A stretch of 61,792 nucleotides of DNA, filler included, from Pirum gemmata (taxonomy: Eukaryota): assembly GCA_002812295.1 (NCBI GenBank). It is 18 parts of 18 records of this genome, joined end to end, with 100 filler letters (N's around TTAATTAATTAA, not from the genome) between each part and the next. Parts side by side here need not be neighbours in the genome. Positions count along the whole stretch, not along the records: positions 48,146 to 51,083 come from PDIN01004001.1; positions 51,184 to 54,134 come from PDIN01004002.1; positions 54,235 to 58,767 come from PDIN01004003.1; positions 58,868 to 61,792 come from PDIN01004004.1; 14 more parts are not named here. One strand, written 5' to 3'. The position numbers were made by a program, and so were the translations under genes. Shown in pieces: positions 48,046 through 61,748 of this stretch; the first letter of the stretch is position 1, and the number at the start of each line of letters is the position of its first letter. The notes beneath the pieces were generated by a model that was not told the origin of the DNA, did no database searches, and saw only the letters and a program-made list of their open reading frames with translations.

Positions 48046-48752
48046 NNNNNNNNNNNNNNNNNNNNNNNNNNNNNNNNNNNNNNNNNNNNTTAATTAATTA
48101 ANNNNNNNNNNNNNNNNNNNNNNNNNNNNNNNNNNNNNNNNNNNNTAGGCAGTAATTAATTATTAAAATGAACTTTATAATTATGACCGAAAGTGTTTTG
48201 TACAAAGAGGCATAGGTAAGATTAGGTGACGTCCTTTAACATTGTCGATATGAATAGAAAAGTGGCTATTTTTATTTTTTTTTAAAAAAAATTTTATTCA
48301 CACGTGTAATTTATACATATAATAATAATATTATAATTATATATTATTATAAATAAAAAATGATATTGATACAAACAAAAAAGAGGAAATTTTGATTATT
48401 GGACTTAAATTTATTAGGAAATTTTTAACAGCTATGATACTTAGTCTACTAGTCTAGAAGATGTATGTATGACTTGCGGTTTTGGTTTTGCCTATCAGTA
48501 GAATGTACAGTAGAACTCTGAACTGACACTGACTAGCTTAGTATATCGTAGCTGACACTGAACCGTGACTGAACTGATTAGCTAGTCTAACTAGGTTAAA
48601 CTATCAGGCACATTTTAATTAATTTGGCATTTTATATATAATGTTGTATTTTATAAACAAGTTCAATTATACACTTAAACAGTACCAAATTTAAGATTGG
48701 GAGGACAACTGTCTGACAACTAGCAGGCCCTAGAGGAGTAATAGCTATCATA

Positions 48753-48935
48753 GGGGAACATTCATAAAGGACGTCACTTATTCTTTGATAGAAGTCATTG
48801 CTCGAAAGTGTGACTTAAACTGTTTTAGGCAGTAATTAATTATTAAAATGAACTTTAAAATTATGACTTAAATTGTTTTGGACAAAGAGGTATAGGTAAG
48901 ATTAGCTATAGATAACGTCCTTTATGTATGATTCC
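48753..48935. mobile_element. PIF/Harbinger (Tourist-like) MITE family F
   Basis: End GGGGAACATTCATAAAGGACGTCAC. Inverted homologue of 49690-49867; a third partial copy lies at 48146-48238. Confidence 0.75.
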
Positions 48936-49689
48936 TAGCTAGCCCGGGGTAGTTTTCCAGGGTCTATGATACTGTAGCTACGGGATAGAAATAATAATAA
49001 TAATAATATATATATAATAATAATTGATAATAATTAATATTACAATAATAATAAATATAATATAATAATAATAATAATAATAATGGTAAATACATTGTAT
49101 CATACTCTTTTCTTTTATGATGAGCTTTTCTAACCCCGAAATTCGGAATCTACAGGTCCGAAATAGACCATAACAAGAACAAGAGCAAAAACAAGAACAA
49201 CAAGAACAACAAGAACAACAAGAACAGCAAGAACAACAAGAACAACAAGAACAGCAAGAACAACAAGAACAACAAGAACAACAAGAACAACAAGAACAAC
49301 AAGAAACAACAAAAAACAACAGCAACAACAACAACAACAACAACAACAGCGATGATAACAATAATAGTAATACAACCTAGAGTTAGGTACCTACAAGGGA
49401 ATCGTTTATGCTAGTAGTAGACTTGACTAGTCTACATGATTCTGTAACTTGAAAACTTCAATCCCAACTGAAAAGTGGCGGAAGGTACAGGCGAGGGGTG
49501 GGGAATTATCAAATTTAAAATTATGTATAAATTATGTCATCAAGTATTAATATAAATGATTCAAATGTTTTACTATTTAATTATTTAAAATGACGTAATC
49601 TTATACTATGTTGTTATACCAAAAACATTATGATGCAAAATATTTATTTCTCATCCCTCTTGGAAAAATAAACTATTGATCGTTTATTA

Positions 49690-49867
49690 GGAATCCTTCA
49701 TAAAGGACGTCACCTAATCTTACTTATGCCTCTTTGTCCAAAACACTTTTGGTCATAATTTTAAAGTTCATTATAATAATTAATTTCTGCCTAAAACAGT
49801 TTAAGTCACACTTCCGAGTAATGACTTCTATCAAAGAATAAGTGACGTCCTTTATATGAATGCTCCC
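49690..49867. mobile_element. PIF/Harbinger (Tourist-like) MITE family F with TTA TSD
   Basis: TIR GGAAT..TTCATAAAGGACGTCAC / GTGACGTCCTTTAT.TGAATGCTCCC, flanked by TTA (49687-89) and TTA (49868-70). Confidence 0.8.
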
Positions 49868-49950
49868 TTACTGTGTTTTTCAGTTCAAAAACTGAAATAA
49901 ACGAGTTTATGTTGGGAGTTTACTAAATACCAAATACCGGGTACCGGTAT

Positions 49951-50256
49951 TAGACTTCTCCGAATTCTGCCCGGGCAGAATTTGGCCTTTTTCGAGAAAT
50001 GACAAAATCGTGTTTTCCCTCTCTAACTCGAGCAAAAATTAATTTTTTGAAAAAAAAAAAAAAAAAAGGAGATTGATTCTACCACTATAAAAATATANCG
50101 AAATGTTCGAACCTATTTATTTATTAATAAACTCGAAAATTTTAATTTCGAACAGACCAAATAGACCAGAAATTCTGCTCAGCAGAAATCGAGCTTTTCG
50201 GGGCAGAAGGCAGAAGCAGAAAGTCGAGTTTTAGGGGCACAATTCGGAGAAGTCTA
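49951..50256. mobile_element. hAT-type MITE with 8-bp TSD
   Basis: 22-bp TIR TAGACTTCTCCGAATTCTGCCC / GGGCACAATTCGGAGAAGTCTA (1 mismatch). Identical ACCGGTAT flanks at 49943-49950 and 50257-50264; subterminal GCAGAA repeats. Confidence 0.9.
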
Positions 50257-50555
50257 ACCGGTATATAAACAAGTTCAAATATACGAATCAAGAGGGCAGT
50301 TGCAATGAGTACTACTGGTAATTAATTAGACTGACCCAGTTTTATTTTGATCGACTTCTTTTTCAGTTTCGAACATCCTACTTTTTTATATGAGAAACGT
50401 TAGCAAACTTTTTTTTTACTATCTGAGGTCAGTGCGTTGTAAAAAAAACTCACTTTTTTTTTGTTCACTCGTTCCAAAAAAAAAAGCTCGTTTGATTTTT
50501 TTTTACGATGCACTAACCACAGTTAGTAAAAAAAATCGTCAACTAACGTTTTAAA

Positions 50556-50948
50556 ATATATCCTACTAAATACCAAATTGTCACTATAGTAAAACTATAT
50601 CGGAAATATTTTAATTAATCTGGTACTTTATAATCAATAGTGTATTTTATAAATAAAAAAGTTCGAATAAACACTTAAACAGTAGCAAATTAAGATTCGA
50701 GAGGACAATTTTTTGAAGAAATAGATGGTAGTTTATTTTGGAATTTACTACTATTAAATATATCCTACAAATTAGCAAATCGTCACTGTAGTAAAACTAT
50801 CGGGCATATTTTAATTATTCTGGTACTTTAAAATCAATGTTGTATTTTATAAATAAAAAAGTTCAAATATACACTTAAACAGTAGCAAATTAAGATTCGA
50901 GAGGACAATTTTGAAGAAATAGATGGTAGTTTATTTTGGAATTTACTA
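50556..50948. repeat. ~200-bp tandem duplication of a family-C-related element
   Basis: ATATCCTAC..GTCACTATAGTAAAACTAT..TGGTACTTTA..CACTTAAACAGTAGCAAATTAAGATTCGAGAGGACAATTTT..GGAATTTACTA occurs twice. Confidence 0.8.
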
Positions 50949-51273
50949 ACTGATATCCACCCAAAATTTTAAACTTTCACACAGCTAGTTACAACGGTTG
51001 GAGGTTTTCGAGAATATGTATTTGAAGGGGGGCTGGGTCATGAAGGGGGATGTTGGGCGGTGAAGAGGGGGTTGAGTGGTGAANNNNNNNNNNNNNNNNN
51101 NNNNNNNNNNNNNNNNNNNNNNNNNNNTTAATTAATTAANNNNNNNNNNNNNNNNNNNNNNNNNNNNNNNNNNNNNNNNNNNNTAATAATAATAATAACA
51201 ATAACAATAATAATAATAATAATAATAATAGTAATAACATTAATAATAATAATAACATTAATAATAATAATAC

Positions 51274-51305
<32 letters not shown>

Positions 51306-51749
51306 GTAATAGTAATAACAATAATGATAATAACAATAACAAAAAAGCAATAATTAAATATTCATATACTCGGCGAAATTTCACAAATTCAATATTGCAG
51401 TAGTTGATGTATTCGTTCACCACCATGATTGAAAACAAAATTGAATGAATTTGAATTGAACTTTTAGTTTTTAAAAAAATTCAATAATAATAATAAATAT
51501 AAATATAATTAACATAAGATGGCATAAATACAAAATGTTAGACATAAATACAAAACGTTAGACATAAATACAAATAAGCAGCAATTTTAAAAACTTCAAT
51601 ATACAATAAAACAAGCACTTTACAAATACTCACTCAATACTAAAATAATGAAAATGGAATTCTAAAAAAAATTAAAAATCCATCAACATACACTTTCCAA
51701 AAAATACAATATCAGGCTAAAAAAACATAAGCAAATTGAATGAAATAAA

Positions 51750-52108
51750 CAACTACTACAACTACTACAACAACTACTACTACAACAACAACTACTACAA
51801 CAACTACTACTACTACAACTACTACAACAACTACTACTACAATTACTATTACAACTACAACTACTACAACTAATACAACTAATACAACTAATACAACTAA
51901 TACAACTAATACAACTACAACTACTACAACTACTACAACTACTACTATAACTACTACAACTACTACAACAACTACTACAACTACTACTATAACCACTACA
52001 ACTACTACAACTACAACTACAACCACTACAACTACAACTACAACTACTACAACTACTACAACTACAACCACTACAACTACAACTACAACTACAACTACTA
52101 CTACTACA

Positions 52109-52164
<56 letters not shown>

Positions 52165-52470
52165 TACTACCACTACTACCACTACTACCACTACTACCAC
52201 TACTACTACCACTACTACCATTACTACCACTATACTATTCCACTACTATTGCTTCTACTACTACTGCTGCTGCCATTACCACTACTACTACTACTACTTC
52301 TACTTCTACTACTACTACTACTTCTACTACTATTATTATTACTACTATTACTACTACTATTTTTACTACTATTTTTACTACTATTTTTACTACTACTACT
52401 ACTACTACTATTACTACTACTACTATTACTATTGCTATCATACTACTACTATTACTATTACTATTACTAT

Positions 52471-52511
<41 letters not shown>

Positions 52512-52686
52512 TTACTACTATTACTATCTTACTACTACTATTACTACTACTACTATTACTACTCTTACTATTACTATTACTACTACTATTACTATTACTA
52601 CTACTACTACTACTACTTATACTACTACCACTACCACTATTAATGCTGCTCCTGCTGCTGCTGCTACTGCTGCTATTACTGCTACT

Positions 52687-52724
<38 letters not shown>

Positions 52725-52800
52725 GATGGTACTACTGATGGCGCTAGTGCTGCTGCTGCTGCTGCTGCTAATAGTACTACTACTACTATTACTATTACAC
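51750..52800. repeat. Compound (ACT/ACA/ACC)n microsatellite
   Basis: Direct reading; this tract generates the poly-V/L/Y/T pseudo-ORFs. Confidence 0.9.
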
Positions 52801-53130
52801 CAATTACAACCAGTACAACTAGCTAATATATCAATTCTTAAATTTTACATTTGGAAAGTTTAAAAAACAAGTCAAACAAAAAATATTTAAACTTACATAT
52901 TAAAACTGAGAATGCGTCAGAATACTTAAAATTAATATTAGAATTTTAACAAATACAAAATTTTTGTTTTTAAAAATTTTTGTTTTTCCTCTTTGTTCTT
53001 CAAAAGTGTTAATTTGTTAGAAAAAATTCAACACAAAGAATTATCAAAAAAAAATGTAATGAAAAATCCTTTATACGAATCAACAACTCAACAAAAACAA
53101 CAAAAACAACAAAAACAACAACAACAACAA

Positions 53131-53191
<61 letters not shown>

Positions 53192-53944
53192 AAAAAACAT
53201 TATCTTATTTATTTACAATAAAAATAGTATAATATTATGATACCATCTAGTCCTAGCTAGCTATTGATATCATACTACTAGCTAGCTAGTAGAGCTACAT
53301 AGTTAGCTTGGTTCGGAAACTGTTCGGACTCCTTCGGACCTTCGGACTCTTCGGAAGATTCGAGTTCCACGGCCACACCTACAGGTCTACTCTACATCCT
53401 AACTAAAGGTGGCTGTGAGTTCTATGACAGATATCATAATTATGACCATGTAGTATGATATTTAAATGCAAACATAAATTTTTAATAAAGTTATTATCGA
53501 TATTTATAAATATTATACTTATAAATACCTGTCATTTTAAAATTATTTAATATAGTCCAGACGAGGGGTAAAATCGAATAAGTAAGTATTACGTACGACC
53601 AGTAGCTAGCTAGCTAGCTAGGATACTATCGATATTATCTGATATGATAGTTAGTCTATATGAATCTTATGATATATTCAGAGTTATTCGACTGTTATTC
53701 GCTAGCTAGACTAGCTACAGCTAGAGCAGTGAAAACATTCCAAATTTCACAGCCACCAGAATCTAGCTAGCTAGCTAGCTATGCATTATTACTGCATTAG
53801 CTAAAACTAAGTATTAGCTATCGGATACTTCCAACAAGTCTTAGTCTAGTCTACTCTAGACTACTATCATAGTTAGTAGAGAGGAGTCTTGAAGCTGTAG
53901 ACTAGCCTAGGTAGACTAGCTACTAGCTAGCTAGCTAGCTAGAT

Positions 53945-54082
53945 GGGAGCGTTCAAATACTACCCAACGCCAGTCAAATACAGCTTCAAATACCCCCTAC
54001 CTACCAACCCCTGGAATATGTCAAATACCACCTACCTACCTACCCCTTGACGTGACGTATTATTTGAATTTTGAACGCTCCC
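53945..54082. mobile_element. PIF/Harbinger-like MITE family E
   Basis: 13-bp TIR GGGAGCGTTCAAA / TTTGAACGCTCCC followed by TTA. Other copies at 27775-27829 (preceded by TAA, cut by contig end) and ~26412-26541 (inverted). Confidence 0.75.
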
Positions 54083-54654
54083 TTAGCTAGCTAGCTAGCT
54101 AGTAGTAGCTAGTAGTTACATCTTGGCGCCTTTTNNNNNNNNNNNNNNNNNNNNNNNNNNNNNNNNNNNNNNNNNNNNTTAATTAATTAANNNNNNNNNN
54201 NNNNNNNNNNNNNNNNNNNNNNNNNNNNNNNNNNAAAAAAAAAATGAAAAAAATGAAAAAATATATAATTATACTGTTAGATTATATATAAGTGCTTTTA
54301 TCATGAAAAAAAAATAATTTTTTTTAATAATAACCATAAACATAACATACATATAAACAATAACAATTAAATTTTTTATACATTATCACATTATATATAT
54401 AATTATATAATATAATAAAATATTAATTAATTGTAATATAAATATATTATAATATATACAATACTAAACAATAATAATAAATTATTTTTTTTATTATAAA
54501 GAATGATAATTAATATTATTATAATAATAACAGTAATAACATAATATTTTATAATAATAAATCAATAATTTTATTCATTTTTAAAACTTATCATTTATCA
54601 TTTGAATTGTTTTATTTTATTTAAAAGGTAGTGTATTGTATTCTTTTTTTAGAA

Positions 54655-55296
54655 ATGGTTCGAAATTCTAAGGTTGCCCCTGCACTAGTACGGGTATCGA
54701 TTCAAAATGGTAACCTAGCTATGCAATCGAAATTACAGCAAAAATTGGCAACGCAAATGCAATCAGAAGAACAAGCAACACATACACCACAAACACAAAC
54801 ACAAACACTACACACACTAATACAACCACAATCAACACAAACACAAACACAAACACAAACACAAACACAAACACAAACACAAATACAAATACAAACACAG
54901 CCATCACAAACACTAACACAGTCATCACAAACACAAACACAAACTAAAACTAAAACACAGCTTCATCAATTCTTTTCACTTTCTCAGATATCAATACAAA
55001 GAGGGAATATTAATGTTCAGTTGTTATTGCAAAGAAAACTACAACAACTACAACTACAACAGCAACAACAACAGCAAGAACAAGAGCAAGAAGAAAAAGA
55101 AGAAAAAGAAGAAAAAGAAGAAAAAGAAGAAAACGAAGAAGAACAAGAACAACAACAACTACTAGAACAACAACATAGACACCAAGAGCAATTGCCACAA
55201 GAAAAGAAAACACGAAGGAGATCCTTTGTAATGATAATAATTCAGCAGCAAAAAGAGAACGAAAAAATTTTTAGTCGCAGAGTTTCAGTTTCATAA
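54655..55296 (+). CDS. Low-complexity Q/T/E-rich ORF
   Basis: ATG-led open frame, but largely built from microsatellites; no domain recognised. Confidence 0.3.
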   Translation: MVRNSKVAPALVRVSIQNGNLAMQSKLQQKLATQMQSEEQATHTPQTQTQTLHTLIQPQSTQTQTQTQTQTQTQTQIQIQTQPSQTLTQSSQTQTQTKTKTQLHQFFSLSQISIQRGNINVQLLLQRKLQQLQLQQQQQQQEQEQEEKEEKEEKEEKEENEEEQEQQQLLEQQHRHQEQLPQEKKTRRRSFVMIIIQQQKENEKIFSRRVSVS

Positions 55297-55973
55297 ACCA
55301 TAGTAATTACAAACAACTATAGTAGCAACAAATGAACCAACCCGTGGGAGGTGAATTGGGTCCCTGAACTTTTTCTTAATTAAGCGCTCATATCTCCACG
55401 GCTGTTGCTGCTATGAAGATGATGATTATTATAAGTATAAAGATAAGCCATGCACTATATAGTTGTCTTAATAATCATCTTCATAGTAACAAGAGCAATA
55501 AAGATAGAAGCAATAGCAATGGAGATAGTTATGGGGATATGGGTGTTTTTAAAGAATGTCTAGGTACCTTTGGTCAACACCCATCGGCTCAAATAAATAC
55601 AAGCTATGTATAAGTCATGTATAGCAACTGAAAGAATGTGACAGTTAGCATTGCTCAATTAATGTATAAAGCCAAAAATGAAAATTTAATGTTAAAAATA
55701 TAAATAAAGTGTCATATTTTGATTGTTATATTATATTATTTAAAACTAAATAATGTCATGTTTTAATTAAATTAAATTATTATTATTATTATNCAATACA
55801 TAGATAATAAAATATACCAAATTAAATTAAATGGTATTATATTGTATTAATTTGGTACTCTTTATTGTATATTTTATTATGACAAAATAACTGAAAACCA
55901 CTATATTTATTATGATATATAAATGTGTTTACCCCCAAAGTGACAAAATTTAATTATAGCTAGCTAGCTAGTA

Positions 55974-56170
55974 GGGGTGAGATGACGTCATTTTATTATT
56001 ACCGAACAGCTGCCGGAACTTTTCCGATTTTTATGGTTTTCATTACTATTAACGTTAATATTATTACTTTAATTGGTATCTACTATAATTAGATTTACTA
56101 TTTTAAGCTATTTAATAGGTTGGCTCGATAAGCATCTGTTCGAAAAAAGTTCCAGTAGATATCTCACCCC
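55974..56170. mobile_element. MITE family D, second copy
   Basis: Same TIR, interior and AGTA/TACT flanks as 26585-26809. Confidence 0.8.
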
Positions 56171-57251
56171 TACTTGTGGCAACTAGACCGGTCTACTACA
56201 AGCGGTCTACTGTGGCCCTCAGCTCACTAGTAGAACCGTAGACTGTGCCCCTGTCTACTGGAGCTAGCTAGCTAGACCCTAAGCTAGACTACTAATACTA
56301 GCTAGTACTAGCTAGACTAGCTAGCTATGATAGACTAGTCCTAGTGGCCAACCAATGTAGGTTTCAAGAGTACCAATTTAAACCCACTTTATCTAAATTG
56401 GTATGTTTTATAATCATAAACTGCCAAATAAATAATCTGAATAATCTTAGAGGGATGCACTCGCTAGTAGGGTTCCACTTCTAAGCTACTAGGCTACTTA
56501 GACCTACTAGTCTACGTTTTGGAACAGTTTCTGGTTTTACTGTTTTGGAAGTGTTTTGGAGTTGTTTTGGTATGATATTTGACTAGACTACTAGACTATG
56601 TCCTACGTCACTCAATTCGCCAACTGAGGAGCCAAGTCGGATAAAACTGTAGTCGTAGAAATCTTTTTTTTTTTTTTTTGACATCTTTTTTAAAAACTTT
56701 TTTTTTTTTTTTTTTGACATTTTTTCTAAAAACTTTTTTTTTTTTTCTCAAAATTTGGTAGTACCTTTATTTAAATTGGAACATTTTGAGATTTTAACTC
56801 ATTTCGGATGTCGATTTTTGTTTGATTTGGTTTAGCAGTAGACTATGACAAGAGTAGTAGTATGATATGAAAAAAAAAAAAAAAAAAAAAAATTCCTTAT
56901 TTTTACAACACTTTAGAAAACACCAATGTGTAAAATGTAAAAAATCACGTGATACTTGCTTTAATATTAATAGGTGAAACGCTTTGGCTCTCCAAACTTA
57001 GTCAATGTAATTATCAAATGAAAGCTTTTTAGTAACTTTTTACCAGGTTTCGATTTTTTTGAAGTTTTTTAAAATGTACTTGATTTGACAAAAGCGCAAA
57101 TTAGTTTTATAATCGGTTTTATAATCGGTTTTTCAATTGGTCTTTACGTAACAAAATTTCAAAGATACCCGTGTTCTTGCCATTTTTGGGTCTTTGTCAA
57201 CCACTTTTTTTATATTTATATGGTTATAATATATTAAAAAAAAAAATGATA

Positions 57252-57321
<70 letters not shown>

Positions 57322-57515
57322 TTTTGCTCTTTTGAGCTTTTTGCTCCCAGCTCTTTTCTCTATGATTACTGGTAGTTTAGTAGCTAGTTGACTAGTAGTT
57401 TGCTCTTATATGATCATAAAGACAGTCTTAGACTAGACCCTACCATAGAGTTATAGACTAGTCTGGTAGGCCTACACGCTTAACTTAATCATACCTATGT
57501 ATAAGCATTATTGAT

Positions 57516-57700
57516 CATTATCATTATCATTATCATTATCATTATCATTATCATTATCATTATCATTATCATTATCATTATCATATTATCATTAATCTTT
57601 ATCATTATCATTATCATTACCATTATCATTATCATTAGCATTAGCATTAATTATCATTAGCATTAGCATTAATATTAGCATTAGCATTAGCATTATCGTT
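57516..57700. repeat. (ATCATT/AGCATT)n microsatellite
   Basis: Direct reading. Confidence 0.9.
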
Positions 57701-58519
57701 ACCATTAATATTCATCATAATTATTTATCAGTATTAATATCATATCATAATCATAATCGCAATCATAACCAATATCATTAACTATCATTATCATTATGAC
57801 TATAGTTTTTTTATCATCATTACCAATATAATTATCATTCATCGTTATCATTCATAGTTACCATTCATCAATCCTAATCCTAATCCTAATCCTACTAACC
57901 CTAACCCTAACCCTAACCCTAACCCTATGATATTAAAAAATTTATATTATTATTATCATTATTATTTTTTTTAATTACCATCATCATTATCAGTCTAAGT
58001 TTTACCCAATGCAATCAGACAAGGTCGGCTTTTAATATTTATAAGGCAATAATAATAATATCTTTCAATAATAAAAATAAAAGCCACTGGATAAAAGCCA
58101 ATCCAATTTTTTTTTGATTCTTACCTTTTATTTAGTATTCAGTGCAATCAGAGGCTTCACAAATTCTGAGTTTCACCTATCATAATGACGTGTTTTGTGG
58201 AGATCCATTTGCACATTTGTACCAGTGGGAGTCAGTTGGGTTCAAATCCAGCGGGGTAAAATAAAATAAAAATAAAAATAAAAAAAAGGGTAATTTTTTT
58301 TAGCCCCTTCGCTCGAAACAAAAACTTTCAAACTTATCATATTATTAAAAAATTTACATACTAGTCTAAAATTTGAATTTTCAAAACGAATAATATCATG
58401 ATGCATGGGGAGAATACGGGAAACTAATATAAAACAAAAATATATATTGGGCTAAAAAAAAATAAAAAAAAATAAAATAAAAAAGGAAGACTGAGACTGC
58501 TATTGGATTGGTAATTGAA

Positions 58520-58552
<33 letters not shown>

Positions 58553-58597
58553 TTTGAAAAGTATAATAATAATAATAATAATAATAATAATTTTGAA

Positions 58598-58641
<44 letters not shown>

Positions 58642-58645
58642 AAAA

Positions 58646-58690
<45 letters not shown>

Positions 58691-58699
58691 TTAGAAAAT

Positions 58700-58732
<33 letters not shown>

Positions 58733-59942
58733 TTTGAAAATAATGATAATAATAATAATATTAATAANNNNNNNNNNNNNNNNNNNNNNNNNNNNNNNNN
58801 NNNNNNNNNNNTTAATTAATTAANNNNNNNNNNNNNNNNNNNNNNNNNNNNNNNNNNNNNNNNNNNNACTCAAAATATTGTCATTTGCATTTTGTTTTTA
58901 ACTTTAGTTTTGGCTTTATATATATATATCCAGTTGTGTGCTTTTCGGTAACGATATATTGGTGGTAGTAGTGGTGGTGGGGTGGTAGAGGGGGGGGGTT
59001 ACTCAAAATATTGTCGTTTGCATTTTGTTTTTAGCTTTGGTTTTATATATAGTTGTGGGCTTTTCGGTAATGATATATAATATGTTATATATTTATATTT
59101 GCCAATTTAGTTTTGCTTTATCATTACCATTTTTCTCTATTTTTTTTCTGAATTTTTTTGATTCTACAGTAGCACGACCATACCAAGAGTATTCAAGTAT
59201 CAAGTGAAAGGAATCGAAAGTATGACATTTGAAAATTATCTTAACCTTACCTTAACCTTTAACTTAACCTTACCTTAACCTTTAACTTAACCTTAACCTT
59301 AACCTTGATCTTAACCTTAACCTTAACCTTAACCTTAACCTTAACCTTAACTTTAACTTTAACCTTAACCTTAACCTTAACCTTAACCTCAACCTCAACC
59401 TCAACCTTAACCTTAACCTTAACCTTAACCTTAACCTTAACCTTAACCTCAACCTCAACCTGATTCACGTTCCTCCAGTATTATAAATACTTCCTTTTAA
59501 AGTGCTATCTTTTATCTCATTTAAACATTAACCCATAACTAACTTTAAGAAATTTATTGTAAATTCAGCATCTATTGGTTTGACTAAAGAAAATAAGAAA
59601 GCTTTACCATTGATATACCCTAACAATCTTGAAAAAGCTAATCGTGACATTATTTTTTTGAAAAATATCGACGATGATTATTATAAAAACAAGGTTTTGT
59701 TGTTGTTGTTGTTGTTGTTCTTTTTGCGTTTTATTCTACTTTTGATATTTTTACATTTATTATTATTATTATTATTATTATCATTGTTTCCATTATTATC
59801 ATTGTCATTATAATTGTAATTATAATTATAATTATCATTACCATTACCATTACCATTCTCATACTCATTATTATCATCAAAACCACCATCTCATCTTCAT
59901 CATTCATTACGATTAGTAATTAATAATTAATAATTATTTTAG

Positions 59943-61128
59943 TTGGAGTAAACTTGTACGTAGATGACAAAGGTGTTTCAAAAGGATCCCCTTACAATCA
60001 ACGGGCTACTCAACTAGCGATGGCCTGTGGTGTTTCGGTCGAAGTTCGAGGCGATGGATTTGTGGCTCGAATTCGAGAAACACCAACTGACGAATATGCT
60101 CGAATGGATTTTAGGCTGGCTGAATGTGAATCGAAAGCAAATTGGGTTCAGGAGGCCGCGATTTTTAATAAGAAAAAGGCAGAGGGTATGGTAAAGGATG
60201 GTAAAATAACCGAGAAAGTTTTTCAGTGTGATAATTTAGGTTGTTATTCGAACGGGAATCTTCGTTGTTCGGCTTGTAAAAAAGTACGATATTGCTCTTC
60301 GAAGGTTAGTTTTTATCCCTGGCCCTAAACCAATCTAACATCGACCCTAACCTTGACCCTAACCTTGATCCTAACCTTGATCCTAACCTTAACCCTAACC
60401 TTAACCCTAACCTTGGCCGTAACCTTGGCCGTAACCTTGACCGTAACCTTGACCGTAACCTTGACCGTAACCTTGACCGTAACCTTGACCGTAACCTTGA
60501 CCGTAACCTTGACCGTAACCTTGACCGTAACCTTGACCGTAACCTTGACCGTAACCTTGACCGTAACCTTGACCGTAACCTTGACCGTAACCTTGACCGT
60601 AACCTTGACCGTAACCTTGACCGTAANTTAACCCTAACCTTAACCCTAACCTTAACCCTAGCCTTAACCCTAACCTTAACCCTAGCCTTAACCCTAACCT
60701 TAACCCTAACCTTAACCCTAACCTTAATCCTAACCTTGACTCTGACCTTGACGTAACCTTGACCGTAACCTTGACCATAACCTTGACCGTAACCTTGACC
60801 GTAACCTTGACCGTAACCTAACCGTAACTGTGACCCTGGCTGACGCTAGATAGCCTTTGTTGTTGTTGTTTGTTTCTTTTCTTTTTGTTGTTTTGTTTTG
60901 TTGTATTTTGGCTATTGTTGGTGTTGTATTCGACTTTTGATTTCCAATTGTATTTAATAATTTTAATTTATAATTTTAATCGACTAGTTTTATTGGTTTA
61001 TTGGGTGATTTTTTTTAAACTTATTTTTTAATATTGAATAGTGTCAAAGGGAAGCCTGGAAAAGACACAAACTCGATTGTAAAAAACCTCAATCCAAAAA
61101 TACAGAAGAGAAGATTATAGAACTGAAC

Positions 61129-61131
<3 letters not shown>
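59943..61131 (+). CDS. MYND zinc-finger protein, last two exons (59943-60304, 61042-61131)
   Basis: [25 protein letters not shown] domain, then CDNLGC...[28 protein letters not shown]. Phase-0 intron GTTAGT..ATAG 60305-61041 completes the MYND finger. Confidence 0.85.
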
Positions 61132-61176
<45 letters not shown>

Positions 61177-61748
61177 GCAGCAACAATAACAACAACAATA
61201 ATAACGATAACAATAAACAATAACCAGTACTATAATAATAATATTAATAATAATAATAATCGCATTAGCAAAATAATAATAATAAAAGAAAGAAAAGAAA
61301 GGAAGAAAGAAAAGAAAGGAAGAAAGAAAAAATGGGCTCAGTTAGTTTTTAAATTCAAAATTAGTACTTACAAAATCACTAACGAACTACTAAACAAAAG
61401 GCAATCTTAACTAGAAAAAAACTTCAATCGAACACTGAAAAGCCAATCTGAACTATCCAAAATCCAATCTAAACTATCCAAAACACTAATTGTGACAGCG
61501 ACAAGATAGTTTACTAGTCCAAAATCCAATCCAAACTATCCTAAAACTAATTGTGATAGCGGCAGGATAGTTTACTAATGAATAAATGCCACTTTTTTTT
61601 ATCGTACGCTTAGTGCTTTTCAGTCATTTTTGTTGTCGTTATTGTTACTGTCATTTTGTTATTGTTATTGTTATAATTGTTATTTTTATTGTGGTGGTGG
61701 TGACGGTGCTAGCAATAGTAGGAGGAGGAAGAGCAGCAGCAGTAGAAA

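Noticed and set aside
3817..58867. Regularly spaced identical TTAATTAATTAA motif as a biological repeat, and gene clustering across it
   Set aside because: Always centred in 44+44 N and gives stops in six frames, so it is an assembly linker. Neighbouring contigs are not syntenic.
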